A DNA stretch of 64,000 nucleotides. Origin: an uncultured Azospirillaceae bacterium (lineage in GTDB: Bacteria > Pseudomonadota > Alphaproteobacteria > Rickettsiales > UBA3002). Positions 34,424 through 45,074 of this stretch are shown in pieces. The stretch's first letter is position 1. Each line of letters starts with the position of its first letter. The notes beneath the pieces are model-generated. The model worked only from the letters and a program-made list of their open reading frames with translations. It had not been told where the DNA came from and did no database searches. The stretch is from contig CAYGTO010000003.1 in NCBI GenBank assembly GCA_964352815.1, positions 69,015-133,014 on the forward strand, in the 5' to 3' direction. The translations under genes and the position numbers were made by a program.

Positions 34424-36283
34424 TTAGGATGCCTGCGCCGATGCGAGGGCTAGCTCATTGCTTTCTATCTCGTCTCGTTCTGCATCAAGCAATTGTTTTT
34501 GCTTTTTAATATTTTCAAAATAGCGTAACGTCTCTTCGGTCATCGCCTCTTCCATGGCGCGCTCTGCAACTTTGATTTCTGTTTCCATCATCGCGCGTAT
34601 GTAGCTATTCGTGGACTTTCGCCAAATTAATTGTGGCGCAAGCTTTAAGTGTGTGCGGTTGAGTATTTGATTCTCCTGAATAAATCGTTTTATCTCAGGG
34701 CATTCCTCAGCCATGGCCTGGCTGGCAAGTGAATCGCTTGGGCGACTGAGCAGAGAAAGAATATAGCTCTGAATCGTATGATTCTCGGGGCTTTCAAACG
34801 ATAGCATACTCAACGTATCTTCCGCATCGGCCTCGCTTAATAAAGACGGCTCAAGACACAGGCACAACAAAATCTGCCGTGCGGCTGATTGTGTGGCGTG
34901 ACTCTGCCCTTTCGTGTCAATCAATGCGCCGAGATTGGTTGGCCGCGCAGGGATAGCGATTTTTCCCTTGCCGGGCTTACGGAAAGCTGTGTTCGGCTTT
35001 GATTGATAACTCTGGCGGCGCACTTCATAGAGCTTTTGTTTAAAGAACTGCTCCAAATGTTTGCGCATGGTTGGATGCTGTACCTTCATCGCATAGCCCA
35101 TGAGCTGTTCTTCCGCCGCCGCCGAAGTCGATGGATCTTTAGACAGCGCATCACGGTGCATCGCCCATAGCGCTTCCGACACATCCCGCGCCCCGTCGAG
35201 TAAGGACGTCATGGCTGCCTTGCCATTCGCTCGGTTCACTAATGTGTCTGGGTCCTCCCCTTCAGGCATCGTCATCAGTGCCAAGCTTTTGCCAGGTGAC
35301 AGCAGCGGCAGAGCCGTATCCATCGCCCGCTGCATCGCTCGCTGGCCGGCATTATCACCGTCAAGACAGAGAACTGGGCGATCGGTCATACGCCACAAAA
35401 GCTGGAGCTGATCAGCGGTCAGGGCTGTGCCGAGCGGGGCGACCGCCGGAATCTCCGCGCGGTGTAGCGCAATCACATCCGTGTAACCTTCAGCGATGAC
35501 TATCTGAGCGCCATCACGCGCCGGGCGCATCACCAGATCCTGGTTATAGAGCATGTGCCCCTTATGGAAGAGCTCAGTCTCTGGGCTGTTGACGTATTTC
35601 GGCGCTTTACCCGAAGGATCCTTGCTAAGCAGCCGGCCGCCAAAGGCCACCACTTGCGAGCGCCGGCTACGAATCGGGAACATGATCCGGTCACGGAAAC
35701 GCGCATAAGGGGTTTTCCCATCAAGCGCAATGAACAGACCAGCATCAACCAGTTGTTTTGCTTGAATATTTCTTCCTTTCAGATCATTCAATAGCGCTTG
35801 GCGGTCGGGGGGGGCATAACCGATCCGAAATGTCTCAATCATCGTATCACTAATCCCGCGCGCATGGAGGTAGCGTCGCGCCTCTGCCCCTTCATTGGCG
35901 AAGAGCTGTGACTGAAACCACTGGCATGCAAGCTCACTAACCTGCTGAAGATTAAAGCGTTCTTCTTCTCTCTTTTGCACTTCGGGCGACAGTTTCGGCA
36001 GCGGGACACCCGCTTCATCGGCTAAACGTTCAATCGCTTCCTTATAACTAACCCCCTCATAATCCTTAATAAAACCAATAGCATCACCATGCGCCCCGCA
36101 GCCAAAGCAGTGGTAGAACCCCTTCTCGTCACTAATGGTGAAAGAAGGCGTTTTTTCTTTGTGGAAGGGGCATAGCGCCATCATTTCCCGGCCAGCCTTA
36201 CGTACAGGGATGCGGCGACCAATGACTTCCGAGACTAGAAGCCGGTTTTTGAGCTGTTCAACAAAATCAGAAGGATATCGCAT
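34424..36283 (-). CDS. dnaG: DNA primase
   Basis: Zinc finger CPFHKEKTPSFTISDEKGFYHCFGCGAHGD. TOPRIM EGYTDVIAL...DGDNAGQRA. Confidence 0.9.
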   Translation of the reverse strand: MRYPSDFVEQLKNRLLVSEVIGRRIPVRKAGREMMALCPFHKEKTPSFTISDEKGFYHCFGCGAHGDAIGFIKDYEGVSYKEAIERLADEAGVPLPKLSPEVQKREEERFNLQQVSELACQWFQSQLFANEGAEARRYLHARGISDTMIETFRIGYAPPDRQALLNDLKGRNIQAKQLVDAGLFIALDGKTPYARFRDRIMFPIRSRRSQVVAFGGRLLSKDPSGKAPKYVNSPETELFHKGHMLYNQDLVMRPARDGAQIVIAEGYTDVIALHRAEIPAVAPLGTALTADQLQLLWRMTDRPVLCLDGDNAGQRAMQRAMDTALPLLSPGKSLALMTMPEGEDPDTLVNRANGKAAMTSLLDGARDVSEALWAMHRDALSKDPSTSAAAEEQLMGYAMKVQHPTMRKHLEQFFKQKLYEVRRQSYQSKPNTAFRKPGKGKIAIPARPTNLGALIDTKGQSHATQSAARQILLCLCLEPSLLSEADAEDTLSMLSFESPENHTIQSYILSLLSRPSDSLASQAMAEECPEIKRFIQENQILNRTHLKLAPQLIWRKSTNSYIRAMMETEIKVAERAMEEAMTEETLRYFENIKKQKQLLDAERDEIESNELALASAQAS

Positions 36284-36410
36284 TTTTGCACATTTGCCGA
36301 ATTTGGGGCTTTACCCGCGTTTTTTTACCTTTATACCTATGGTGCTCCGTGATGAGCGGCGACCCCATTTATTAATAAGTTTTAAAACAAAAACCCGGCC
36401 TAGCAAGATA

Positions 36411-37133
36411 ATGTTGAATTTTTTTCAGAGCAATTCGTCTATTCCCGAACTTCTTAGGGTCGGTCGCTATGCGATGCCGGTTGTGGTAAAGCGCAATCGC
36501 CGCGCAAAACGTATCTGCCTGCGCTATAATGCGAAAGACCATGCGATCAACCTGACCCTGCCGCAGCGCGCGAATATGCGCCAAGGCCTCAAATTCCTAG
36601 AGCAGAAAACCAGCTGGCTTGAAGAGACGGTGTCGGCATTGCCGCCGCGCTGCAAGATACGCCCGGGTGCGATCATCTCGATCTTTGGGAAAGAGACTGA
36701 AATTCTCTACACGATCGACCGCATGCATAGCCATGAGCTTAAACATGGGATTCTTCATGTAACCGGCCCGGCGCAAGGAAAAACAATACGCATTAAGAAG
36801 GTGCTGCGCGAGTTGTTCCGCGACGAAGTGACCGCTATGGCGCATGCAAAAGCAGAACGTATCAATAAACGTGTGAATCGCGTATCAATTCGTGACCCAC
36901 GGACACGTTGGGGAAGCTGCAGCGAAAATGGCAATTTATCTTTCTCTTGGCGACTGATCTTTGCGCCTTACCAGGTGCTTGATTATGTCGTTGCCCATGA
37001 GGTGGCTCATTTGCGTCATATGAACCATGGTGCGCGTTTCTGGGGGCTGGTCGAAGAGCTGTGCCCGCATTATGAGCGCCACGTGATCTGGCTGCGTGAA
37101 CATTCACACACCCTCTTCCGTTATATTATATAG
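36411..37133 (+). CDS. M48-family metallopeptidase, YgjP/DUF45 type
   Basis: HEVAHLRHMNHGARFW motif. The start is set at ATG 36411 (MLNFFQ...); the track's 92-aa extension overlaps dnaG on the other strand. Confidence 0.8.
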   Translation: MLNFFQSNSSIPELLRVGRYAMPVVVKRNRRAKRICLRYNAKDHAINLTLPQRANMRQGLKFLEQKTSWLEETVSALPPRCKIRPGAIISIFGKETEILYTIDRMHSHELKHGILHVTGPAQGKTIRIKKVLRELFRDEVTAMAHAKAERINKRVNRVSIRDPRTRWGSCSENGNLSFSWRLIFAPYQVLDYVVAHEVAHLRHMNHGARFWGLVEELCPHYERHVIWLREHSHTLFRYII

Positions 37134-37139
37134 AACACC

Positions 37140-39305
37140 CTAGCGCCGAATGCGTCGCTGTTCATTGCGCTCGCTTGGATAGAATGTTTCACCACTCTCC
37201 CCGCTATTCGGATTCGTTGCCTCGTTCTGTGAAGGCGTTGAAGGCTCGAAAAGACTGTCCCAAAAATCTTTGCGCAAAATGTTGAAGCTCGTGCCTTGTG
37301 TTTGCTGCGAAAATTCTTCGACTGACTCAGGGCGGCTCATGCTGTGCTCCCATGGCAAGCTTTCTACTTCGCCATTACTTCGCGGCAAGGCAACCACTGG
37401 TGTTTCGGCAAGCGCTTTCGACATGTAGGCCTGCCAGATTGCAGCTGGCACGCTGCCACCTGTCACGCCTTTCATCGCATGGTTATCGTCATTGCCAACC
37501 CACACGCCCGTTACCATCTGCGGTACATATCCCACAAACCACGCATCGCGAAAATCTTGACTGGTTCCGGTTTTCCCTGCTACCGGACGTCCGCCTAGAT
37601 ACGCCCTCCGGCCAGTGCCGCTAGTCACTACATTGACGAGCATGTCATTCATCTGCCGTACAATATGTGTCGAAAGGGCGAGCGGCCTTCCTGAGCTCGC
37701 GCGCTCATAGAGAACTGAACCATCTTTCGCAATAATCTTTGTAATACCGTATGGCGTCACACTCCGGCCATTGCTCGCTAAATGCGAAAAGGCGGTGGTC
37801 ATTTGCAGCAAGGTGGTTTCATCAGTCCCCAGCGCAATACTCGGCGCGGGAAGCACATCTGGCAGGCCAAGCCGGCGCGCCATCGCCACCACATTCTCAA
37901 TCCCTACCGCCAGGCTCACCTTCACTGCGACCGTATTCACCGAACGCATCAACCCTTCTGCGATCGTCATTTCGCCATCAAAGTCTTTACCAAAATTGCC
38001 CGGCCGCCAGAGCTTTCCGTTTACATCCACCTCAACCGGCTCATCGGTGACTTTGGTGTCTGGCGTAAGGCCCGCATCCAACGCCGCAAGATAGACGAAA
38101 AGCTTAAAGATCGAGCCAGGCTGGCGCGTCGCTTGTGTCGCGCGGTTGAACTGACTCTCACTGTAATTCTTTCCGCCAACCATCGCGACCACCGCACCAT
38201 CAGGCCGCATGGCAAGTAGCGCGCCTTGCTCCACATCACGCTCTTCTTGATAGCTGTTCAGCGCATCATAGACGGCTTTGTCCGCGTAAGTTTGAAGCTT
38301 CGGGTCCAGCGTCACGGTTACCGTGACATCGGCATCGACATTCCCAATATATTCCGGTAGCTCATCAATGATCCAGTCACTGAAATAGCGGTAATTATTA
38401 CGTGGCAGATCATCTTCAGCCAATTCTGGCGCGTTATACGACGCGATCGCCTTGTCCATTTGCGCTTCATCTAAATACCCGGCATCCACCATGTTGAGAA
38501 GCACCTGCGTCGCGCGCTTATAGGCAAGGTCGGGGTTAGCAACCGGTGAATAGCGCGAAGGTGCTTTGAGCAAGCCAGCGAGAATCGCTGATTCCATAAC
38601 GCTAACCTGATCACCCGACGTGCTGAAATAGCGCTTGGCCGCCGCGTCGATTCCGTAATTCCCCGCGCCGAGATACATCCGGTTCACATAGATAGCGAGG
38701 ATATTTTCTTTGCTATAATTCGCTTCCAGCCAGAAGGCGAGCAAGATTTCCTGAATCTTCCGGCGGATCGTACGCTCTGGGCTCAAGAACAAATTCTTGG
38801 CCACCTGCTGCGTGATCGTGCTGCCGCCTTGAACAAATTTCCCAGCTTGAATGTTCACCATCATCGCGCGGAAAATACCAATCGGGTCGATGCCGATATG
38901 GTAAAAGAAACGCCGATCTTCGGTGGCGAGCACGGCATCAATCAAATGTTGCGGCAAATCATCATAGCGAATGTAATCACCATACACATCACCGTAGCTC
39001 GCAATACGATCTCCCTGCTGCGTCACGATGATAATCGCGGGGCGTTTTTCCAGATCATCAAGCCCTTGAATGCTTGGTAGATCATGGGCGAAATAGATGA
39101 TGGCAATCACCATCACAATGAGCAGCGTCAGGAAGCTCGAACCAATCCACTCCCACACGCGGCGGCGTTTATACCATGGCAATGACGCGTTCCTCTTGCG
39201 TGAAACGCGCCGAGACGTTGGCTTGCGGCGAGCCAATGTCGTTTTACGTGCAGGCTTACGCGCACTGCTCGCCTTACGGGCTGGTTTCTTTGGTGGGCGT
39301 GCCAT
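37140..39305 (-). CDS. mrcA: penicillin-binding protein 1A (bifunctional glycosyltransferase/transpeptidase)
   Basis: GT51 motifs ATEDRRFFYHIGID, GGSTITQQ, RKIQE. Transpeptidase motifs SIFK, SVN, KTGTS. N-terminal basic tail plus TM. Confidence 0.9.
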   Translation of the reverse strand: MARPPKKPARKASSARKPARKTTLARRKPTSRRVSRKRNASLPWYKRRRVWEWIGSSFLTLLIVMVIAIIYFAHDLPSIQGLDDLEKRPAIIIVTQQGDRIASYGDVYGDYIRYDDLPQHLIDAVLATEDRRFFYHIGIDPIGIFRAMMVNIQAGKFVQGGSTITQQVAKNLFLSPERTIRRKIQEILLAFWLEANYSKENILAIYVNRMYLGAGNYGIDAAAKRYFSTSGDQVSVMESAILAGLLKAPSRYSPVANPDLAYKRATQVLLNMVDAGYLDEAQMDKAIASYNAPELAEDDLPRNNYRYFSDWIIDELPEYIGNVDADVTVTVTLDPKLQTYADKAVYDALNSYQEERDVEQGALLAMRPDGAVVAMVGGKNYSESQFNRATQATRQPGSIFKLFVYLAALDAGLTPDTKVTDEPVEVDVNGKLWRPGNFGKDFDGEMTIAEGLMRSVNTVAVKVSLAVGIENVVAMARRLGLPDVLPAPSIALGTDETTLLQMTTAFSHLASNGRSVTPYGITKIIAKDGSVLYERASSGRPLALSTHIVRQMNDMLVNVVTSGTGRRAYLGGRPVAGKTGTSQDFRDAWFVGYVPQMVTGVWVGNDDNHAMKGVTGGSVPAAIWQAYMSKALAETPVVALPRSNGEVESLPWEHSMSRPESVEEFSQQTQGTSFNILRKDFWDSLFEPSTPSQNEATNPNSGESGETFYPSERNEQRRIRR

Positions 39306-39402
39306 AAGTGACAGCTTTTCCTTTTCAATTTTCGCTGAACCATCTATAGCTGGCTTTCAGAAGAAGTGCAACGACGCGATCATGTACCCTTGGGTGAATG
39401 CT

Positions 39403-39729
39403 ATGGACACATCGAACTTTTATGCCTTCGCAAATGCGACCCTCATGCATCTGCATGATCAGCTCGAATCGTTTTACGAATCCGAAGAGATCGACGAGTT
39501 GGAGTTGGAAGGCAACATTTTGACGATTATAGCCGAAGACGGCCAAGCGTTGGTGGTCAATCTCCACGAAGCCTCGCGCCAAATGTGGCTCGCTTCGCCA
39601 ATAAGTGGGGGCAGCCATTTTGATTGCGATGATGATTGCCGCGAATGGGTTGATGCGGAAGGCAATGATTTGAAGGAAATACTGCGCAAAGATATTCAAA
39701 TCATTTTCGGGATTGATGTGTATTTCTAA
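39403..39729 (+). CDS. cyaY: frataxin-like iron donor CyaY
   Basis: MDTSNFYAFANATLMHLHDQLE...LELEGNILTI...VVNLHEASRQMWLASPISGGSHF. The start is set at ATG 39403; the track extension overlaps mrcA. Confidence 0.8.
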   Translation: MDTSNFYAFANATLMHLHDQLESFYESEEIDELELEGNILTIIAEDGQALVVNLHEASRQMWLASPISGGSHFDCDDDCREWVDAEGNDLKEILRKDIQIIFGIDVYF

Positions 39730-39732
39730 TCC

Positions 39733-41517
39733 ATGACCTACCCGACACAGCAAAGCAGTAACGCACTCCCGAAAGGAAAGCTCTCAAGCCTGGGCGCCAT
39801 GAAGCATTTCATCATGCCTTACCGGTGGGGCGTGATCGGCGCGACGATTTCACTGCTCTTCACTTCGGGTGCCGTGCTTGGCATTGGTAGCGGCTTGCGC
39901 TACCTGGTGGATGAAGGGATCAGCAAAGGTAATCTCGAGCTTCTCAATAACGCGTTTATTATTCTACTCGGCGTGGTCATCATCCTCGCTGCCGCAACCT
40001 TCATGCGTTATTATCTTGTCTCTTCGGTAGGGGAGAAAGTGGTCGCCGACATTCGCAATGCTGTCTATCAAAAGATCATCACAATGGATGTGACTTTTTT
40101 CGAAACCACACGCACGGGCGAGTTGATCTCACGCATTACGACCGATACGACGTTGCTACAAAATGTCGTTGGCAGTTCGATCTCTATTTTCATGCGCAAC
40201 GCACTCCTGTTCACTGGCGGGCTCATCATGTTGATGATCACCAGCATTCAACTCACGCAATATATTTTCATTATTCTGCCCATCGTGGTGATCCCCATCA
40301 TCGTGCTTGGCAAGAAAGTTCGCGCGCTGTCGCGTGAGACGCAGGAAAAAGTCGCAGACATAAGCGTGCATGCGGAAGAGACGATTGGCGCGGTGCGCAC
40401 AATTCACGCCATGACGCTTGAGCAAAGCGAAACTGACCGTTTTGGTAACCATGTGCAGCATACGCTTGATGTTTCACTGAAGCGCATTCGGATGCGTGCG
40501 TGGCTCACGGCGATTGTGATCGCTCTGGTCTTTGGTGCCATTGCGACCGTGCTTTGGGTAGGGGGGCGCGCCGTGATTTCAGAAGAGATTACCGCAGGGG
40601 ACCTTTCAGCCTTTATCTTTTACGCTGTCGTCGTGGCCGGCGCAACCGGGGCGGTAAGCGAAGTGATCGGGGAGTTGCAACGCGCGGCGGGCGCAACGGA
40701 ACGGCTGATGGAATTACTTAAGCAAACGCCAAACATTGTGTCCGCGGAAGATCCAACAGCACTGCCCTCCCCCCTCAAAGGTAAAATTATATTTAACAGT
40801 GTTGAGTTTTCCTACCCTTCTCGCCCGGAGCAACCAGCGCTCTCGAACGTCACATTCACCGTCAATCCGGGTGAAACGATAGCAATTGTTGGCCCCTCCG
40901 GCGCTGGGAAAACCACATTGATACAATTATTGCTGCGCTTCTATGACCCAATCTCAGGCAGCGTTTCCATTGATGGCATTGATGTGCGTAATCTTGACTT
41001 GCAGGAGTGGCGCGGCGCGGTGGGTCTAGTGCCGCAAGATCCTGTGATTTTTTCTGCCGATGCTTGGACCAACATTCGTTATGGCCGCGAAAGCGCGAGC
41101 GATGATGAGGTGCTCGACGCCGCACGCGCGGCCCATGCGCTCGATTTTCTCGAGCATCTGCCGAACGGTCTCGACACCTATCTTGGAGAGAAAGGTGTAC
41201 GCCTTTCCGGGGGGCAGCGGCAACGCATCGCGATTGCGCGTGCAATCCTGCGCGACCCATCTATCCTGCTGCTTGACGAAGCGACGAGCGCCCTCGACTC
41301 TGCTTCGGAAACCAAAGTGCAAGAAGCGCTACACCGGCTTTCTGAGCAGCGCACGACCATGGTGATTGCGCATCGCTTATCAACGGTGACCAACGCGGAT
41401 ATGATTCTGGTGATGGATCAAGGGAGGCTTGTCGCGCATGGGACGCATCAGGAGCTGTTCGAGACGAACGAATTATACCGGACACTGGCAACGCTCCAAT
41501 TCACGCAGGCCACGTGA
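39733..41517 (+). CDS. ABC exporter, fused permease/ATPase (ABCB/MsbA/Atm1-like)
   Basis: Six-TM exporter domain. Walker A GPSGAGKTT, signature LSGGQRQRIAIARA, Walker B LLLDEATSALD. Confidence 0.9.
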   Translation: MTYPTQQSSNALPKGKLSSLGAMKHFIMPYRWGVIGATISLLFTSGAVLGIGSGLRYLVDEGISKGNLELLNNAFIILLGVVIILAAATFMRYYLVSSVGEKVVADIRNAVYQKIITMDVTFFETTRTGELISRITTDTTLLQNVVGSSISIFMRNALLFTGGLIMLMITSIQLTQYIFIILPIVVIPIIVLGKKVRALSRETQEKVADISVHAEETIGAVRTIHAMTLEQSETDRFGNHVQHTLDVSLKRIRMRAWLTAIVIALVFGAIATVLWVGGRAVISEEITAGDLSAFIFYAVVVAGATGAVSEVIGELQRAAGATERLMELLKQTPNIVSAEDPTALPSPLKGKIIFNSVEFSYPSRPEQPALSNVTFTVNPGETIAIVGPSGAGKTTLIQLLLRFYDPISGSVSIDGIDVRNLDLQEWRGAVGLVPQDPVIFSADAWTNIRYGRESASDDEVLDAARAAHALDFLEHLPNGLDTYLGEKGVRLSGGQRQRIAIARAILRDPSILLLDEATSALDSASETKVQEALHRLSEQRTTMVIAHRLSTVTNADMILVMDQGRLVAHGTHQELFETNELYRTLATLQFTQAT

Positions 41518-43536
41518 TTACTTCAGGAAAATATCTGCGCGATCTTCGCTGTTCTTCACCTTATTACCAAGCGCCTGAAGGCTGATGCGGTCTTCGTTCA
41601 CGCCGTTTTGAATCAGGATCGTGCGAATGTCGAGCGCACGTGCGAGCGACAAACGGCTTGCGACACTGCTTGGTTCTTCGCTTTCTGAACTCGCATAGGC
41701 AATAACCTGAACGGTGTTATCATTCGCCTTGGCTTGCTCCGCAATTTGAATCACCCGCTGCTCAAGCGCGTCAGAAACCGTTTTCTCACCTTTAGTGAAC
41801 ACAATCTGCGCGTCAGGCGGTGTCGTCAGTGCAGCCGCTGGCTCTGGCGCATTAGTGCCCCCCTCGCCTGGAAGCGTGGGCAACGCGGCTAAATCAAAGG
41901 AGCCGGGCGGTGCAGGAGGAACCGGTAAGTCTGGCATTGCTGCAACAGGGGTAGGAGCTGCGGGCGTTGGCTCTGGCGTGATATCAGGCACCGGCGTGGT
42001 AATTTCCGCTACTGCCGGCTCTGGCGTTTCGGCAACCACCGACTGAGGCTCGAACGCTGGCACAGGCGCGGTCATGGTCTCGGGTAGTGGCGCCTCTGGC
42101 TGTGGCGTGTGCTCAACAGGCAGCGGCGGTAAGCCAACCTCACTACTCAAAACTTCTGAGACAACAGGTTCGCTCGGCACTTCAGCCACTACGGGAGCCC
42201 GGCTATCGATTGGATCCGGCTCTCCGGTCAACGCTGATAAAGAAGGCAAAGACGGCTCTTGCGTCGCAGGCGCACTGTTCACTTCCGCAGGCACATCTGG
42301 CATTTCTGGGAACAGCACCTCGTCCGGCGTCGGCTGTGGTGGCGCGATGTCTGGCATTGGCACGCTCGGCGCACTCACATCATCTGCGGGCGGCGTTGGC
42401 GCAGCTTGTTCTAGCATGGCTATTTGCGGCAACTCAGGCACACCAATCTCCTCAATCTTAGACTCACCCTTCACCGCAGACGGTACGGCTGGCTCTACGT
42501 TCAACGCAGGCGCTTCCATACTTATCGTTTCTTCTAGCCCTTGATCTAAGGGGGCCTCTTCCATCGCTAGCGGAGGTGGCGCAGGCAGCTCAGTGGCCGC
42601 GCTTTCTAACCCGCTCTCATTCAGCAGCGCTTCAATCGCTTGCTCATCGGTTATATCACCATCCGCCGTTACCACCTTTTTCGTCACCTTCGATTCTGTC
42701 TTGATGAATGGCGATGAATCTTCTGTTGGCGTTTCTTGTTCTGGAACAAATTCTCCTATTATCGGCGGTTCAACGACACGGGGTATGACGGGTGTAGGCG
42801 CCGGTTCAATTGGCGGAATGTTCGATAATGGCGGCTCCAGTAGAGGCTCTTCAATTTCAGGAATTTTTGCCTGCAGCGCTTCTTTCGCATCATCAGGTTG
42901 CAGCTCTGGAATTCTCTTTGGCGCTTCAGCGATGCCATCCGAAGTGGCTGGCGCCGGCGCGACCGCAATAACCGGAGGATTCTTCGGTTGCTTTGGCAGT
43001 GGAGGTAGCCCAAGATCCGCATCTCCTCCATCCGGCGTGGCCGGCATGTTCATCAGATCATTCAGCACATCATTAGCCGTAGCGCTTTTAGGCTGAGGCG
43101 GAGGTGCTTTTGTTTCTAACACCTCTTGATTCTGCTTAGGGATTTTGCGCTCCGTCGGCATCGGCTTGACCTGCGGCATTTGCTTTGGCACAGGTGCGGC
43201 TTTGGCAACACTCTTCTCAGCCGTTTTTTCTGGCGCTTTTGCCCATGTCGGAGCCGGCTCGGATGGCGCTGGTTTCGGCGCGGCTCGCTTCACTGGAGGG
43301 GTATAACCCGGCGGGTAGACTTTCTGCGATTGGATGCTCCCAGGCACCACCTCTTGTGGGCGCTGCACCGTTCCTCTGAAGCGCATGGTTTGCTCAAGCT
43401 GCTGCAACGCTTGCAGGTTAATTTCAACGCTCGGAAGGTCAGGAACAAGCTGGCGTGCTGAGGCATCCGCGCCTGCGCATGCCACCATACATACGCCAGA
43501 CAGCAGCATCTTTTTCCATGCTTTTGAAGCACTCAT
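41518..43536 (-). CDS. OmpA-family protein with very long Pro/Ala/Glu-rich linker
   Basis: Signal peptide MSASKAWKKMLLSGVCMVACAGADA. About 500 aa of low-complexity P/A/E/V. C-terminal OmpA-like module (...VQVIAYASSE...SRLSLARALDIRTILIQNGV...). Confidence 0.7.
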   Translation of the reverse strand: MSASKAWKKMLLSGVCMVACAGADASARQLVPDLPSVEINLQALQQLEQTMRFRGTVQRPQEVVPGSIQSQKVYPPGYTPPVKRAAPKPAPSEPAPTWAKAPEKTAEKSVAKAAPVPKQMPQVKPMPTERKIPKQNQEVLETKAPPPQPKSATANDVLNDLMNMPATPDGGDADLGLPPLPKQPKNPPVIAVAPAPATSDGIAEAPKRIPELQPDDAKEALQAKIPEIEEPLLEPPLSNIPPIEPAPTPVIPRVVEPPIIGEFVPEQETPTEDSSPFIKTESKVTKKVVTADGDITDEQAIEALLNESGLESAATELPAPPPLAMEEAPLDQGLEETISMEAPALNVEPAVPSAVKGESKIEEIGVPELPQIAMLEQAAPTPPADDVSAPSVPMPDIAPPQPTPDEVLFPEMPDVPAEVNSAPATQEPSLPSLSALTGEPDPIDSRAPVVAEVPSEPVVSEVLSSEVGLPPLPVEHTPQPEAPLPETMTAPVPAFEPQSVVAETPEPAVAEITTPVPDITPEPTPAAPTPVAAMPDLPVPPAPPGSFDLAALPTLPGEGGTNAPEPAAALTTPPDAQIVFTKGEKTVSDALEQRVIQIAEQAKANDNTVQVIAYASSESEEPSSVASRLSLARALDIRTILIQNGVNEDRISLQALGNKVKNSEDRADIFLK

Positions 43537-43629
43537 GCGCCTAAAACCCTGTTTATATTATTTGTTATTGGGCTCAGTATAACCGCAGAGAGATAGGATG
43601 CAACGACGGATGCATCGCTCTCCATAGGC

Positions 43630-44433
43630 TTATGCCGCGCTGGGCATCAATAGAGGTTGAATCAAAGAATGGACCACACCATTGGAAGCAAACACATTGC
43701 ACTCTTTACGAGCATCTTTGCCACCGCACACGCTAGTGACTTTGCCACCCGCTTCTTCAACGATCAAGATGCCCGCGGCTAAATCCCATGGCTGCAGCGA
43801 ATGATACCAAATCGCGTCAAAGCGGCCCGCAGCAACATAGGCCAGATCAAGTGCAGCCGCGCCGGTGCAGCGCACGGTGATGCCATGATCCGCTGCACGG
43901 TGGATCACATCGAGGGTTTCTTTATAATGTTTGCGGTCTTTGCGCGGCGAAGCGCAGGACACCATCAAATCTTTATCACGGCTTGAGACGCGCAGCTTCA
44001 TGCCGTTACACACTGCTCCTTTGCCCTTCTCAGCAGCAAACAGCTCATCATGAATCGGGTCATAAATCACGCCAGCGAGCGCTTCAAAATGGCCTTGCGC
44101 ATTTTTCTTCTCAAGCGCGATGGAAATACAAAAATACGGAATGGCGTGAATGAAATTGCTCGTACCATCGATCGGGTCAATCACCCAGCGATGGTTCGGA
44201 TCACTCCCCTTCACCTCGCCCTGCTCTTCCATCAGAAAACCGAAGCCTTTACGCGCTTCAGAAAGCATCTCATATAGCTTTTTCTCAGTGCGGTGGTCAG
44301 CGCTGGTGACAAAGCCCGCAGCACCTTTTTTAGAGATTTGCAGCTTCTCAACCTCAGCAAAATCACGCACCAGCGCGCGCGACACTTCACGCACCGCTTT
44401 GGTCATGACTGAAATGTTGGGGGATAAGGCCAT
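43630..44433 (-). CDS. suhB: inositol monophosphatase family protein
   Basis: FLMEEQG, WVIDPIDGTSNF, WDLAAG motifs. Confidence 0.85.
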   Translation of the reverse strand: MALSPNISVMTKAVREVSRALVRDFAEVEKLQISKKGAAGFVTSADHRTEKKLYEMLSEARKGFGFLMEEQGEVKGSDPNHRWVIDPIDGTSNFIHAIPYFCISIALEKKNAQGHFEALAGVIYDPIHDELFAAEKGKGAVCNGMKLRVSSRDKDLMVSCASPRKDRKHYKETLDVIHRAADHGITVRCTGAAALDLAYVAAGRFDAIWYHSLQPWDLAAGILIVEEAGGKVTSVCGGKDARKECNVFASNGVVHSLIQPLLMPSAA

Positions 44434-44509
44434 ATCGCTCTTCGTTGTTCCACGCTATTGGTAGAGCAATTCTAAAGAGCTGGCAATGGTTTAATGTTAA
44501 CGAGACCGC

Positions 44510-44995
44510 TTATTTCTCACGCACGCCTGCAGGAAGTATGAGCCCTCCGGACGTTCGCGATGTGCCGTCTCCTAGAGGGGCGAGCATTGTTGTGCCAGTT
44601 AATGGTGGTAGTGAGCTAGCCAGTGCAATATCTCTGCTCGCACCTAATCTTTCAACTCGCTCATATGTCATAGCGTCGCCGCGTACTTTGATAATGGATG
44701 ACTTACCATGTTCATCTTCTACCTCAGCAACAGTAACCGCATCATCACCAAACAAGCGTTTTAGGTAAGCCTCATCCTGCGCTACTTCAGTCTGGTGGCC
44801 TTCTGGGTAGCGAAGCTCCATTCTGTCTAATGGGCGTTGTTTTTTTTCAACTCCATCATATTCTGGGGTTTTTAAGACATGTAAGTCCATTCGCTTTCCA
44901 TCAATCGTGCCATGCTTCAACGCCTGAGCCGATTGCATCGCAAAAACAATTGTTGCTGCAGGTGCGAGATTTCCTGTTGTATCGCCTATCATCAT
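44510..44995 (-). CDS. hypothetical protein
   Basis: 161-aa ORF filling the gap between suhB and efp. No motif recognised. Confidence 0.45.
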   Translation of the reverse strand: MMIGDTTGNLAPAATIVFAMQSAQALKHGTIDGKRMDLHVLKTPEYDGVEKKQRPLDRMELRYPEGHQTEVAQDEAYLKRLFGDDAVTVAEVEDEHGKSSIIKVRGDAMTYERVERLGASRDIALASSLPPLTGTTMLAPLGDGTSRTSGGLILPAGVREK

Positions 44996-45074
44996 ATTCC
45001 TCTTTCATTAATTCAATAGCGCTAAGACTAGCGCAGGAATATGACAGTTTGATGACAGAAATGCTAAGATTTGG

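Noticed and set aside
36135-36410. 92-aa N-terminal extension of the M48/YgjP peptidase ORF. Likewise the 102-aa extension of cyaY (39097..39402).
   Set aside because: Both extensions overlap the 5' ends of well-supported opposite-strand genes (dnaG, mrcA) and are Arg-rich nonsense. Internal ATGs give normal-length proteins.
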